Assembly (NCBI GenBank): GCA_036172245.1
Contig: JAYWIR010000001.1
Span: forward strand, 9,734,001-9,798,000
DNA length: 64,000 nucleotides
From: Raillietiella orientalis
Lineage: Eukaryota
Direction of reading: 5' to 3'
The notes under the pieces are model-generated. The model was not told where the DNA came from and did no database searches. It saw nothing but the letters and a program-made list of their open reading frames with translations. This document shows, piece after piece, positions 24,230-36,450 of the stretch. Numbering within the stretch: the stretch's first letter is position 1; each line of letters starts with the position of its first letter. The translations under genes and the position numbers were made by a program.

Positions 24230-25330
24230 TCTGTGCAGACTAATTCAAATAAATCTCTTTCCTAATTACTTTACAAACACGCGATTTGCAATTCAAATAA
24301 CACGTGCTGTAATTCATATCGTTTGATTCTTGGGGTAATGATGCGTGCAATCTTTCATCCCGAACTGTTTACACATTTTGTTTTGTTTTGCGTTCTCTCT
24401 CTCTTTTAACCCCTTTTTGCTGAGGTTTCTTTTCTTTAATCCTTTTTTTGTTTTTTGTTTTTTCCTTTCTTTCTTTCTTTCCTTCTTTTTTCTCTCTTGC
24501 TTCAGGCACTGCCCTACGCCGCGAGAACGGGATGGAAGAAAATCGCGACTGCGCCCGATGAGAACACATCGGTTCCTTGTGATCACAACCCCGTACTCAT
24601 TATGCTGATGTATCACATGGATTATCACCGTGCAAACTTGTGCATCTGAGATGTTTCGATGCAGATGAGGGTCTCCTTAGCACAAGCATATCTGTGTTCC
24701 TTCCCCCCCCCGCCTCTCCCCCTTTCCTTTTTTTCGATGTCGAATCGCGTGTGAAAAATCGTGCCCTTGTGCAACAATGGAGCGGACTTTGCGTGTTTCA
24801 CGAGATGGCCGCGCTACAGGCTTGCCAGCTCATAACGCTCGTGATTGCCGTAGTGACCTGATTTTGAGGAGGCTTGTATTTTTTATAATTAGGCCGTGAA
24901 AATTCATGGCCAGTTCGCAACTGAGAATTAATGCAAATCCCCCCCCCCTCTCCTTCCTTCCCCCTCGTTCCGAAAGAAACCTCATCAACAAAAGGAGAAG
25001 GAAGAAAAAAAGCCCACATAAACGATTTCTTCCTCTCGCTTGCTGAAACCGCGGCCATCTTGTATGAGAATGAAACCGAAAGCAACTCCGACAGATTCGA
25101 CAGCACCAGAACTTGGGCAGAGGTTGCCTGATTTCCTTCCTTCCTTTCTTTTTTTGGCTTCTCAACCATTGGAAGCTCGGAGCTACGAAGAAATCCTCAC
25201 TTGAAAGGTATCATTAGCCAGCTGCAATCATCATTTCGAGAAGCCTGAGTGGCTGGACGCCTCCGTAGCAGCAGCAGCACTGAGAAAATGGCTCTGAAGG
25301 GCGTGTATCAAACAAAGTCGAGACAGTGAG
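24230..25330. promoter_or_regulatory. AT-richer non-repetitive island, candidate cis-regulatory region
   Basis: Several TAATT motifs, CACGTG (24301), octamer ATGCAAAT (24931) and a YY1-like AAGATGGCCGC on the minus strand (25051-25061). Motif evidence only. Confidence 0.3.
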
Positions 25331-27539
25331 TCCTCCAAGGAGGCAGGTGGAAGACACCACGTCTCCCTCCTCTGGTAAAGGCTGCACCGCTAGTGAAATT
25401 CAAGGCGATCTCCGAAATGCTCGAGGGCATTTTGCACATAGGGCGGCGGCCCCGGGCCGCTCTTCACTCCTGATAAAAAAAAAAGAAGGAAAAAAATCCA
25501 CTCACGGCAGCAACTCACCCGCTGCGCCTTCGCCAGGCAGCGAGCACCTGCGACGCGCGGCTTCACGAGCAGCAGTCCCAGGAGCAGCAGCAGCGCTCTC
25601 TTCGCGGGTCCCGGCTAAGGAGAGGGGGTGGCGGCATCGAGGAGGAAACGTGGGAGGGAGGACGACGCCGAAAGGAGGGGAAAGGAAATTTTCGGGCGTC
25701 TCCCCGCTCCCCATCCCCCTCCTCCTGAACGGAGGAGGGAAACCTTCGGACTGCCCCGCCCCTTCACTTGCCCGTTGCCCGCGATGCTCACGGAGAGTCC
25801 CGGTATCGGGAGGGAGAGATGGTCCGGCAGCATCAGGAGGGGGTGAGGGGTAAGAGCAGGCACGCTTCGCTTCCTCCAGGAGGGTCATTGCTTTGCCACC
25901 TCGCCGAGAGGGACTCTGGTTGGAGTCATCTCCCAGCCCCAACGGGGGCGCGGGCAGACGCTCCTTCTGCCTCGTCTGGGGGTCCTGAAGGACTTCCAGG
26001 ACTCTGGTAAGGGAGACGAACTCTCTCCTCCGCAAATCCTCCCTCTCCCTGCTCGAACTGGATCCCGGATTGGGGGCGGTGACCCCACTCGCCCCCCCTC
26101 CTCCAAAGTTCCTCCCTCGCCATCCGTCCGGACGCTCGGGCACGCGGAGCCTCAGCTGCCCTCCGTCCGTGCCACCTCACCTATGGTCATGACCTTGGGT
26201 GAGGTGCCTCGCCGCGCGCGCGCCGGAAGGGACACTGTCCTCCGGCGAGGCTTCCGTGGGATGGCGGAGCGCTCGCCCGTCCGACGAAGAGGGGGGGAGG
26301 AAGGGGACGCCCCTGGACGCGGAGGCTGGGCCGGCACCCGGGAAGACGCCTCCGGTGGGTGTGAGGAAGCTGACTGGCGGCTGTGGGGACCGCCTGAGGG
26401 TCTTAGCGGTCCTGCTCTGCGACCCTGGGCTGCGGGTGAGCTGAGATCCTCCTGCGACTTCGCTCCCGCCCTGGAGCTTATGGAGGGAGTGGGGGGAGAG
26501 TTCGGTAAGACAGGGGAGGCAGCGCCTTGCTGCGGGTGGTGCCTCCACCTTGGAGCGCGTCCGGGTTGCCGGGGTGGTCTTTGCCGCCTCCCCGCTAGAC
26601 CGCAGGGAGGTCCCGGAAGCGGGCGGCCCGTTCCCCTGCTGGCAGCGGACGCCGGGGGTGCGAGGTGCTGTGGCCTGCGCATGGCCTCGGAGGGCCGCGC
26701 AGTCGAAAGGAGCGACCCCGCGCATCCTCCCGCGGAGGGGGAGCGTGGGCCTTCTCCACGACAGAAGACTGGTGGGTGCGGCTGAGAATTCTCCTCCGCG
26801 CGCCGCCGTCTCGGCAGCCACGAAACTCCCCAGCAACTTAGCGGTCCGCTCCAGGGCCGCGTGGGAACCCTCCCCGCGACGCACGCCGACTCTCCCGTCC
26901 TCCCCCCGAGATGCGGCAGTGAAAGTGCCCCCCTTTTTCCTCGGAGGATTCCCCAGCGCCGCCGAGAACCGCGCTACCACGAGGGACGGCAAGCTCCCCG
27001 GATGTCCTGCAGATGACAGTCTGGGGGGTCCTCGCGTCACGAAGGGACGGTGTCAGGCTCCAGGGATTTCTGGACCGTAGAGCCCTTCGTTCGGAGGACC
27101 AGAACGCCGGGAGGATCCCTCGGAGCGCTTCCTCGTCCTGAATGGGCTCTGGCGGGACGCGGTGGCGCCGCGGCAGCTCCAGCGGAAGGGCGCCAAGTCG
27201 CTCCCACGGCTGTCTTCACGCTGAGTAGCGCAGATAGGCGGGACGTCTGCGAAAAGCTGCAGATCAGAAGGTCTCTGACCCCGTCGTGTGGTCAGGGAAC
27301 GGCGATAGCCGCGAGCGGAGACACCGACATATGACCCCCTCTCCCGGCCCACCATCAACCTCCAGTCGCCTTGCTTTCCCCACCTGCTGCCTTCACACTC
27401 CTCCAGATCCATCCCTTCCTGTTCAGCGCGATGCGTCCCTCTCAACTCTGGACTGCATCCAGGTGGGAATCTCGCCCTCCTGTTTCTCTCCTGTCTTGTG
27501 AGATCGAACTCCTGGAGCACTCGGAAGGGAACCTTTCCC

Positions 27540-27850
27540 TTCTTATTCCCGTTCTTCCATTTCCACCTCCTGCTTGTTCCCTCCCATTCTCACTCTTCGT
27601 CACCTCTCCTTCCTCCTCCTGTTTTCATCCTTTTCTTCTCTTCCTTCCTCTTCGTCCATTCCTCCATCTCCCCGTTTCTCCCACTTAGTCTTCTTTTTCC
27701 TTTACTCCTCTTCCTCCCCTTCCTCTTTTCTTTCTCCTTCTTCCCTCCTCATCCTGTTTTCATCCCTTTCTTATCTTCCTTACTCTTCCTCTTTCCTTTC
27801 TCCTCCTCCTCCTCCTCCTTCCTTCCTTCCTCCTCTTTCTTTCTCCCATT
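27540..27850 (+). repeat. Polypyrimidine tract (purine tract on the minus strand)
   Basis: CT-rich low complexity. It shares the specific word ttttcatccYtttcttctctt with the reverse complement of the 19.5 kb tract. Confidence 0.85.
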
Positions 27851-28050
27851 CCTTCTGTGGATTCTACGGGGGGATCCCAGTCTACGTTGTCTTCTCCCTC
27901 TCCACCTTCATTCCGGTTCCTCCAATCGTGCAATCCAGATCGGGCTCGGGGAGAACCGTTGCCATCGCGACGGAATTCCAGGAGGTCCCGGGATCGGTTC
28001 CACCGACGAGTCCGGGCCCCGCCCACATAAATCACGGAGGATTTCCTTGC
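27850..28050 (+). mobile_element. Decayed LINE RT fragment
   Basis: LLWIL...SNRAIQIGLGEN...GIPGGPGIGS, then HIN in a shifted frame, resembles WI..FL.NR.Q.V...GVPQGS.LGP...YIN. Confidence 0.35.
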
Positions 28051-30199
28051 CCATCCACCGGAAAGTGGGCTTGCTGGAAGACCACAGGAGGGATGAAGAA
28101 AGTGGCGCTCTCCTATTAATCAGGGTAGAGAGGAGAGGCAGGGGAGAAGGAAGGGAGCGGACCCGAGGAACCCGACGCGGTCCCACCTGGCAGATGGTGC
28201 GGGAACGTCAGCCTGAGAGCGTCGCTGGGGTACGGAGGCAGCGTCTCCTGTGCGGAGACCGACGTGGAGATGTCGCCCCTCCCTCGTTCCCGGAAGGCGG
28301 AAGGGCGGGGGCGAGTCCCTCACAGCCGTCTTAGGGAGCAGAGACCTCGCCTTCCTTTCCCCGGACAGGACGCCCCTCCTTCTCCCCCCTTGAGGCATCC
28401 TCGGGGAGGACTTCGGGGGACCAGCGGCTTCCAAGGTGGAAACCCTTCTCATTCGAGAATCATCCCGGGAGGTGCGCCCCCTTTCCCCTCAAGAGCCAAG
28501 AAGGGCACGCGAACGAGGAGGGAGGGCACGGGCGTTCAGTGCAGGCGCGCATCCTCTCTCGCGAGCGAAGGAGGTGGTCGCGTTCCCTTCCTCCCCAAGG
28601 GCCGATTCTCAACCGGGAAGCAGACGGGAACGGTAGGGACTTCCACGTGCTCGTCGCTCATCTCTCATGAGGGAATTCCAGAGCGACTCACTTCAAGTGT
28701 GGAGGAAGAGGAGGAGGAGGAGGCGAAAAAGGGAAGGAGGAGGAAGGGAAGAGGGGGAAGGAACTGACGATAATGAGAGGGGAAAAGGGAGGAAGGTGCT
28801 TGAAAGTCCTTCTTCCGGCAGGGGACGCGTGCGCCTGGGGGCAGTCCACAGGACTTTCGACGTGCTGGTGGCACCTCACGGATTCTTGAAGGGTGCAAGG
28901 GCCGCGGTTTGCGAAGGCACCACGCGCGCTTCGCCCTGCGGCCCCGCGCGCGGGCGCCTCAGGCGATGCGGGCGCGCCTGCGACGCCATCGCAGGGTGCG
29001 CACATATGCACTAGCAATGGTTGACACGCACTCGCGCGCGCAAGCGCCGCACCGCCTACCATGCGGTACGCTCCGGCGCTCCGGAGCTTCTGTGGCGCTC
29101 TCAGCCGTGCAGAATGCGGCAGCCACGCCCCTTACGTGACGCGTCACCTGGGTTACCGCGTGGCTCGCGGTTTCGCGAGCTCTCTGAGCGTGCAGCGAAG
29201 GCTGCCCCGCCTCGAGGACGCCACACAGGGGGCGGGGTCCACTCAAGGGCAGGTCCGCCATACGCCCACTTTGCCCGCGAGCTCGGGGGGACCCCGGAGT
29301 TCTGGCCTTACGCCGAAGGTCTAGTCTCGCCGGTGATGGTCCACGGTATCCTCCGCTCTGGACCTGCAGCGGCCCTCTGCCTCCAACCCAGCGTCCAGGA
29401 AGCCGCTCGAACGCCGGGAGGGGCGAGGGAGGCCACGTGGTTGTGCTCGGAGGTGGGAATTCCCGGGAGGACCAGGAAGGAACTCTTGAACCCCCGAGGC
29501 GGCGGTGTTTTCCTCGATGCCGACCTCGAGCTGACCCTGCCAAGGCAGATGCGGAGGCGCATGCACGCCCGAGGCGCGTGCGAGAAGGAAGGTGGTCTCG
29601 GGGAAGCGGCCCTCCGTCTCCTCAGAGAGGGCAGCGCCCGCAAGGGGATCGCCGGTCCCAGCTCCGCCCCAGGGGAGTCTCAACTCGTGCGCTGGGGGTT
29701 CGCGGAGCTTCCGGGTCGCCGCGGACACCACTTCCCATCCGGTTGTCCTGCACGTCCTGGTATGGAAGAACGCGCTGGGGATGGTGCGCGGGAGGCGGAG
29801 AGGGGGGGAGCTCCCGAGAAATGCACGGAGGCGGGCGGGCAAACTGTGACGAGTCGCTGCCGCCGTCCGCAGTGCAGCTCTTTGACCGCTGAGAGGGGTT
29901 GACGCCGTCCGCCTGCTCCCTTTTTTCGGCGGCGGTGCTTCTGCACTTGCCGGCGTGACTCCCGCTCAGTCGCAGAGGTCGCTTAGCAACCCTCACTGTT
30001 CCTGCGGGTGGCACGACCCACCGGCTGATTTACCCTGCGAAGCGGCTCCTCCAGAAAGGCGACCCCTTTCCTCGGTAGGAACGGTGGGAAAAGAGGCGGA
30101 GACTGGACTGCGGCCCAGGGGCTGACCACCTCTTCAGGAGGCTGGGTGCGGTTTCCGTGGAAACGGCCACGGGAGTGGTTCAATCAATCCCGACTCCAC

Positions 30200-30930
30200 C
30201 TCGCTATGTTGCCGGACGTTTCCCCCGTGCAGATACGCGGAAGCATAGGAAGGCAGGAAAGGGGATCGGTCAAGGGTCCAAGGTGTTCTTGCGCTGTAAG
30301 GGAGATGACCTCTTTGCTAAAATCTACCGGGAGACCGGTGGCGGCGATCAAGGCGTCCAGTTCTCTACATGGTGCCTGCCCTCGTTCCATGCTGCTCATC
30401 CCTGTGAGGGAGACAAACGAAAGGACACCAGCTGACCAGTACGCGGGTCATCAGAGCCCGAGGGTCGGAATCAGCGAGTGCAGAGCCAATCGCCCAGGGG
30501 GCGTTCCCGGAGACGGCGCTCCCACATGGACGGCCGTGGTCCCTTCCTACGGTGATGTCGACAGAAAAAAAGGTGGAGGCTGCATTGTGCCTCAGGGGCT
30601 GACCACTTCCGCGTGAGGCCAAGCGCAGCCACTAAGCACCTTCGGCATCCGGCTCGTCCAGAGAGTCTTTCCATGGCGACCGACCGGACCCACCGCTGCT
30701 CAGACCCCTTGGATCTCTCAAGGGACTTTTAGGAAAGCCCCAGCGACGGAGCGGGTGGTGTTCAAAGGGCCCTGAGGGTTGTGCCAAGGGACGCAGGCCG
30801 TGTACTGGCGACCCATTCCCTTCAGAGTGACCTCTCCCTGATGAGCTGCCGGCGCCATTGCAATGGTGGCTGGAAGGTCAGCTGATCCGACATTCATCTT
30901 GAACCTGATCACCACGGACTCTCCTCTCCC
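30200..30930 (+). mobile_element. Decayed RT N-terminal half, R2-like (restriction-like endonuclease clade)
   Basis: Frameshifted but co-linear motifs PDVSPVQIRGSI...GSVKGP, DLFAKIYR, RSMLLIP...PADQY, LDLSRDF and DPTFILNL resemble I...EI...SAPGPDG, L..IFN, RTxLIPK...QYRPI, LDxxKAF and LSP.LFNL. Confidence 0.5.
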
Positions 30931-31796
30931 AAACGACCAAGTCACCGGAGCGATCCCCCCCCGTGATGGAGTCGAAGCCTCTCCACGTGACATCGTCCCG
31001 CTCCGGAGGCCTCCCTGGCTGCAGGTCCCACCGTGCTCTCAAATCCATTACGGAAGATGCCCCGAGGCGAGGGGGAACTCTCGAAACTCGCCCTCCGCCG
31101 CCGGCTGCCCCACTGGCCGTCCATCTCGCCTGAGCCGCTGCGCGCGGCGGCTTTCGCTGCGGCGGTCAGGACCGCATTCCTGCTCCCTGCCCTACTCCTG
31201 GCTGGGCCGCAGCGCATTTTTGCGCCGGTTCCCATGACGACCCCTCGCGTGCGCCTCAGCCCGCGAGAGTGGTGTGCATTGATGCACGCCGGGGGATCCG
31301 CCAAGGAAACGCGGGAGGATGGCGGTCAGCCTTTCCCTTTCATAGGGCGCCACGCGTGCGCCCGTTCAAATGATACCCTCCGGCAGGGTGGCAGCGGGGT
31401 GGAGAAACCTCTCTGCCCTGAGCCGCATTCCCGAAGGCGTTCCGGAGAGCTAGAAGCAGCTCCCGGTGCGGACGATCGACCCTGGGAGCACCAGCGTCCT
31501 CCCATCCGATTCCCCCCTCGAAATCCACTCACGTCGTTGCTCGCGCAAACCCTCACTCCGCGGACGTTGGCTCTCCTCCTTCGAGATGGCTGCGGCAGAC
31601 CGGGCACTGCGGGCAGGCTCTCTGTTCAACGTGTGCTGCCGCCGTCCATTCTGCGGGTCCATCGCTGGAGCGCGCGTTCTGCGCTCTGCCTTTCGGGGCG
31701 CAACTGCAGAGGGACGCAACAGGGGTCTCAAACACTCAGGAAACCAAGACCTCGCAGTGCTCGACCCCTCGCCTGCGAGAACTCTTGGATGACCTG

Positions 31797-31970
31797 CGAG
31801 ATGCATCCGAGATCAAGAAGAGTTGCATCCTGCCAGGCTTCTGGCACCCCTGAAATGCCTCCTCTATTAAGAAGTCATCCGCCTTGCTAGTGGACTTCTG
31901 ATACCTCTGAGATGCCTCCTCTATTAACAAGTATTCCGCCTCGACAGCAGGCTTCTGGAACTTTCGACTG
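31797..31970 (+). repeat. Three diverged 54-57 nt tandem units
   Basis: gaRatgcctcctctattaa...ccgcct...cttctg repeats with period 57 (31851, 31908), preceded by a more diverged unit. Unit lengths are multiples of 3. Confidence 0.75.
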
Positions 31971-32329
31971 GCCTCCGAGACCAAGCAGAATGGACATCCT
32001 TCTAGTGGGATTATAGTAGGAGGAAATTCTTGCAGTGTGGAGGTCGCCTAGTCGCCTGAAAGTCTTCGCGTCGGTGCGATCCTCTGGCTGCGGCAAAGTC
32101 TTGCGAGCCGATCGAAACACCACATAGGCGTTTCTGTAGTGCAAGTGGCCTCCGCGCCACTACCGGCTGTGGCCACGCGAGCGAGGTTCTTGCACTGCCC
32201 TGGATGTGAGGGCAGTGACCCCAGGGAAGCGTTCTCCGGGAGCTCCCTGCCTTCTGTCCCCTTTCTCCAGAGCCCTCCTTCCCTTCCGGGAGGCGTAGTT
32301 TTTTCAGGAGATAGATGTGGATGGACTGT

Positions 32330-32500
32330 CTACGTCTGGAGGGAGAGCTTCGCCGGCTGTAGGGATTTCCCGAAGGGTCTGGGGAAGTAGGGGTCCCGGT
32401 CGGTTCTTCTGACATTGGTCGGTCTGCTCCTCCCCCCCTCCAATTCCGTTCTTAATGAAAATGCTGAGTGGAGGGGCGGGAGGAATACGGGGCGTCCCTA
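32330..32500 (-). mobile_element. Decayed LINE RT fragment
   Basis: IPPAPPLSIFIKNG...QKNRPGPLLPQTLREI resembles IP..W....LI.K.G....NYRPISLL....K. Confidence 0.3.
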
Positions 32501-33559
32501 CGCCCATCGCTCTTTCGCGGACAAGTCGTAGGTCATCCGCCGTCCTCAGGGTGGTCATGCGTTCAGGAGGCCCGCAGCTTCTCTGTCTCGTCTGCGAGCA
32601 GCAGCAGTGCTGTAAGCGGCCGGGTGCGTCGATAAGGGCGGAGATCGCCTTTTGTGCCGCCACCACCCGGGTGGGCCCTTCGGGGAGGTCCGCTGCAGAG
32701 AGCAGGGGTCGTAGCGCCACCAAGATGCGAGCATACTGCTGCTGCTGCTGCTGCCCTGCTGGGAGAGAAGCCGACGTGCCGGGGGGGAACTCTGGGGTGC
32801 TCTGAGGGACCCAGCCTCTCCGTGGTGGTCCCTCATCGACCTAGGGTTCCTCCTCCCCTTTCGGCGAGGGAGCCGCCTCATTGGAGACGCGGGAAGCAGA
32901 GCAGAGAAACGGATATACCGCTTTTTCCTTAAACGCCTCCGGTCTTCCCTGTCTCCAGGACTTCCTGGGGATGGTTGCCCCTTTAGGGGAAGGGAATGCC
33001 CCACCGGGCCGCATCGGCTTCGTCCCCCTTTGCCCTCCTCACAATGGGCTCTCCATGAGCTCTGCCTTAGAAGGATCCCCGAGGTCCAGAGGGTCTTCCT
33101 CCTTGCCTCGTTGGTGGCCGCCTCCTTCAGGTTGGCGGATGTGTGCATCCGGTTCCACGTCTCTTGGGTCAGTCCTTCTCCCAGGCCGCGTCTTCCTCAG
33201 GGTCCTCATGCTCGCGCGCCTCCCGCCCGTGAGGTCCAGCCAAAGGACGTCTCGCCCTGGACCTTCTTCGCCTCGCTCCCGCTCCTCCCGCCTTCCGGGT
33301 TCGCCTCTCACGGCCTCTCTGCCCCCGCGGAGACCCCCCATTCTCACCGCGGGGGTGCCCTTGGCGGCCTGGAGGACTACGCATCCTTTGTTTTTGTTTT
33401 TGTTTTTTGAGAGTAGTCGCCCTCGTTTTTCCCGGACGCTGGGTCTCCGCGGACCGGGGTCAGGCGGGAGCGCGGAAGAGGAAGATGCCCCCAGGAAGAG
33501 GGCCCTCACTGTGTCCTCTTCCATCTCCTTCACGCCCTTTTGATTAGGGGGGCAACCTG

Positions 33560-33760
33560 TGCTGGTCCCGTGCTGCTCTTTGAGGCGCCCCCAGGAATTC
33601 CCAGAGCGCAAGCAGGTGTGAGGCGGCTTCTCTCCGAGTCCCAAGGAACCAAGGTCTGCGTCATCAAGGAAACCCCTAGGTTCGGTGGGTCGGAAGGGAG
33701 AGCGCACTGACCGACTCGAAGTCAGGGATGCTACCAAGGTTCCCGTCCTGCTAGGCGACG
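33560..33760 (-). mobile_element. Decayed RT catalytic-site fragment
   Basis: RGFLDDADL resembles FADD..L and is followed by a downstream W. Confidence 0.3.
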
Positions 33761-34399
33761 GGGTCGGGCCCCCGGTTCTCGCGCAAGAAGGAGCCATGGC
33801 AACCGGAGGTAGCCGCGCGTGCCTCCTTTTTCCTGGGGTCGTTCTACGCGAGAATTCGTAGCATCTCACCTGCAGATTCCTCGAACGCCCCTCTGGCGAC
33901 GTCTGTTGGATCCTCCGGATGGGAAGGATCCTGGGAAGGCGCCTCCGCCGCCGTCCCAGGGAGCAAAAGGGCAGGGACGGTCCGTCGCCTCCGAGGTGAC
34001 GCGGACGGCCGCCTCTCCGCCGGGCGTCTCCGGCTCGAAGGGGAATCGCGCCCACCCCTGGGGGCCGCTTTAACGGTCCTTCCTGCTCCACGCCGCATTC
34101 TTTCACTTACTCCTACGAGGGCAGCTTCTGGGAGTGCGAAGGGGGCCGAAAGACGGCACCAGCGCAGGACTCCTGGCAACCGGAGAGACTTCGAAGGACA
34201 GGAAGGGAAGAAGAGGATCAGAAGGATGGAGGAGTCAGGCAAAGGGTCGGGATGGAGCAAGGGTCGCTCTGAGTCCGTCATTCTGAGAGCGGTTTCCGGA
34301 GCGAAAGCGTTGGCGCTCTGGGACCATGGCAACGACTGCCAATGAAAGGCATGCGGTTGCTTTATCTGCAGGCGGGACGGGGGCGTATAGCGAAAGAGG

Positions 34400-34530
34400 A
34401 GGAAAAAAAAAGCAATGAAGGAAAGAAAGGAGGGAGGGTGGGAGAAAGGAGGAGCAGGCGAGGAGGCAGAGGAGGAAGGTAGGAAGAGGAGGTGGAGGAT
34501 GAAGAGGAGGATGAAGAGAGGAAAGAGTTT
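34400..34530 (+). repeat. Polypurine tract
   Basis: GA-rich low complexity. Confidence 0.8.
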
Positions 34531-35233
34531 TCTGCTGGGAAACCATTTTTCCTCCCCTGCTCTGGGGCGAGAGTGGTCGGGGATAGTCAGGCGGGGATGG
34601 GACAACAAACCGGGGAGGAGGCCTTTCCGTGCGGTCCGCATTCTGTGGGCGTGCCGGGAGGTGGTCTTCGTCATGGAAGAGGCGTGAGCTGACTGCAGGA
34701 ACGAGGGTCGGGGTCCGTCATAGGCGTGAGCGACTTTGGAGAGATCGCTTCCATCGTCACCCTCCCTTTCCGTTCCCATCTTCCCTCCCCTCTTTCCCAC
34801 CTCCTTCTTTCCCATCGTTGTCCTGCTCCAGTCTTTCGCCTGCCTTCTCCCCTCGCGTACCGGGATTACCTCGCGAAACGACGCGACTCCGCCGGCGTCT
34901 CCGCGACGGACGCGGAGAGTCCCCGTGAGGAGCCTTCGGGGCGCCAGGGATCTTCCCCTGTGTTTCTGCGCCTCCTTTCTTTTTCTTCCTGTCGTTCCTT
35001 TTCTTTTCCCCCCGAGGCCCATTCGCTGCGTCGCCCGGGGGAAGCGAACGCTTCCCCCGAACCGGGAGGCACATTTCGTCTGAGAGTGAGCTGCATTCCC
35101 GGGGTTTTCCTTCCTCTCCCTCTCCCCTCTCTCCCGCTTTTTTTTTTCTTTTTTGCCTTTTTTTCTTGGCGTCGAGACAAAGACGTTGCTTCTGGCAACC
35201 AGTCGCTCCACTGACGAATCGCGAGAGGAGCGA

Positions 35234-35697
35234 CTTCCGCCCCGGGCGACGCCAGCAGCCTAGGCGGCCCCTGTGGCCCATCACGCCTTCCCTGCCATGG
35301 GCAGCGCCAACCGCCGACTGCCTTCCGCGTTTTTCTCCGGGGACTTAGGATCGACTGATCCACGCTCAAAGGTTGTTCGCATGGAACCCTTCTCAACATC
35401 AGACCTCCAGGATCTCACTGGAGTATTTGCTACTACCACCAAGATCTGCGCCGACGGCGGCTCCAGACGAGCTCGCGCCCAAACCCTTCTGCGCATACCG
35501 TCGCGACTTTCCTACTCGCCGGAACCTGAGGAACCTGCCGTCCTCCCGAACGCGCCCGAAAGGCAGGAATGGCTCTGTCCCGGCGGTTGGGTATAGGCTC
35601 GACGCTTGAGTGCCATCCATTTTCAGGGCTAGTTGCTTCGGCAGGTGAGTCGTTACACACTCCTTAGCGGATTCCGACTTCCATGGCCACCGTCCTG
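35234..35697 (-). rRNA. 28S (LSU) rRNA gene fragment, orphan pseudogenic piece
   Basis: The reverse complement contains universal LSU sequences: CAGGACGGTGGCCATGGAAGTCGGAATCCGCTAAGGAGTGTGTAAC, CTCACCTGCCGAAGCAACTAGCCCTGAAAATGGATGGC, GCAGATCTTGGTGGTAGTAGCAAATA, GAGAAGGGTTCCATG and TCAGTCGATCCTAAG. The core is 35343-35697. Extension to 35234 is inferred from CCCCGG...CCGGGGCGGAAG closing the following expansion helix. Confidence 0.93.
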
Positions 35698-35699
35698 AG

Positions 35700-36450
35700 A
35701 ACGTCCTTCCGCCCCGGTCGCTTCCAGAGAAAAGTGCTATGGTAGTGGCGCACGCCAAAGCGCCACACATGACCCCCATCTTGCGCCCGCGGGCATTGTA
35801 GACTCGCCACACCTCACCGCCGCGGTGTGCGCAGGTGTTGAGCTGCACGTCTCCTGCGCGCGCGTGCCGACGCGGCGCGCCCGTCTGAGCTTTCACCAGA
35901 GCTGCCGTCGAAGCGCCGGGTCCTGGCGCTTTGCTGGCGACCCCGCGACCTGCAGACGTGGTCTCTGTGGCTGCTTCTCGCAGCCCCCAAGAAGCAGGCT
36001 CCGGGCTCTCTCCCTCCCATCTTATTGACCCACGAATTCTCCCTGACCATGTTTGATCCCATAGGCCCGTCCGCCGAACCCATCCTGCGGTTCTTGCAAC
36101 TCAAAGAGCGTTGTTGCGCGCCTCCCGTCCCCTGGCGCGCCCATCAACTTCCCTTCGGATGGGAGGCGCCAGGAGCAGTCTCCAGAGAGCGAGGCTCCTC
36201 GCTACCTGCTCAGACAGGGAGCGCCGCCATGTCGCGGATGCTTCGATGCGAGGGCAAGGCAGTGCCTCTCCCTTGCCCTCGCATTTCTTTTCCAGCTTCT
36301 GGGGCTGCCTCCCTTAGGGAGCGTCCAACTCTCCCTGACATTGTCTGCAGCGGTCTTCTTGCTGTCGCCTTTCCCAACAGAGGCGCTCCGAGAGACGGAA
36401 GGATCGTCACGCCAAACCTGCGAAGAGGCGGTGATCATGGGAATTCAAAA
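35700..36450 (-). mobile_element. Decayed CR1/L2-like RT fragment abutting the 28S piece
   Basis: Co-linear motifs KGDSKKTAADNVR (KGD....NYR), AYGIKHG then SWVNKMGGRE (YGI.G...WI..FL..R) and GVASKAPGP (GVPQGSVLGP). Confidence 0.45.

Noticed and set aside
30837-30880. CTGATGAG hammerhead core
   Set aside because: No downstream GAAA closing stem II. It lies inside an RT remnant.
35234-35697. Functional rDNA unit or R2 insertion into 28S
   Set aside because: Only a short piece is present, it lacks the R2 target sequence, and the R2-like remnants are several kb away.
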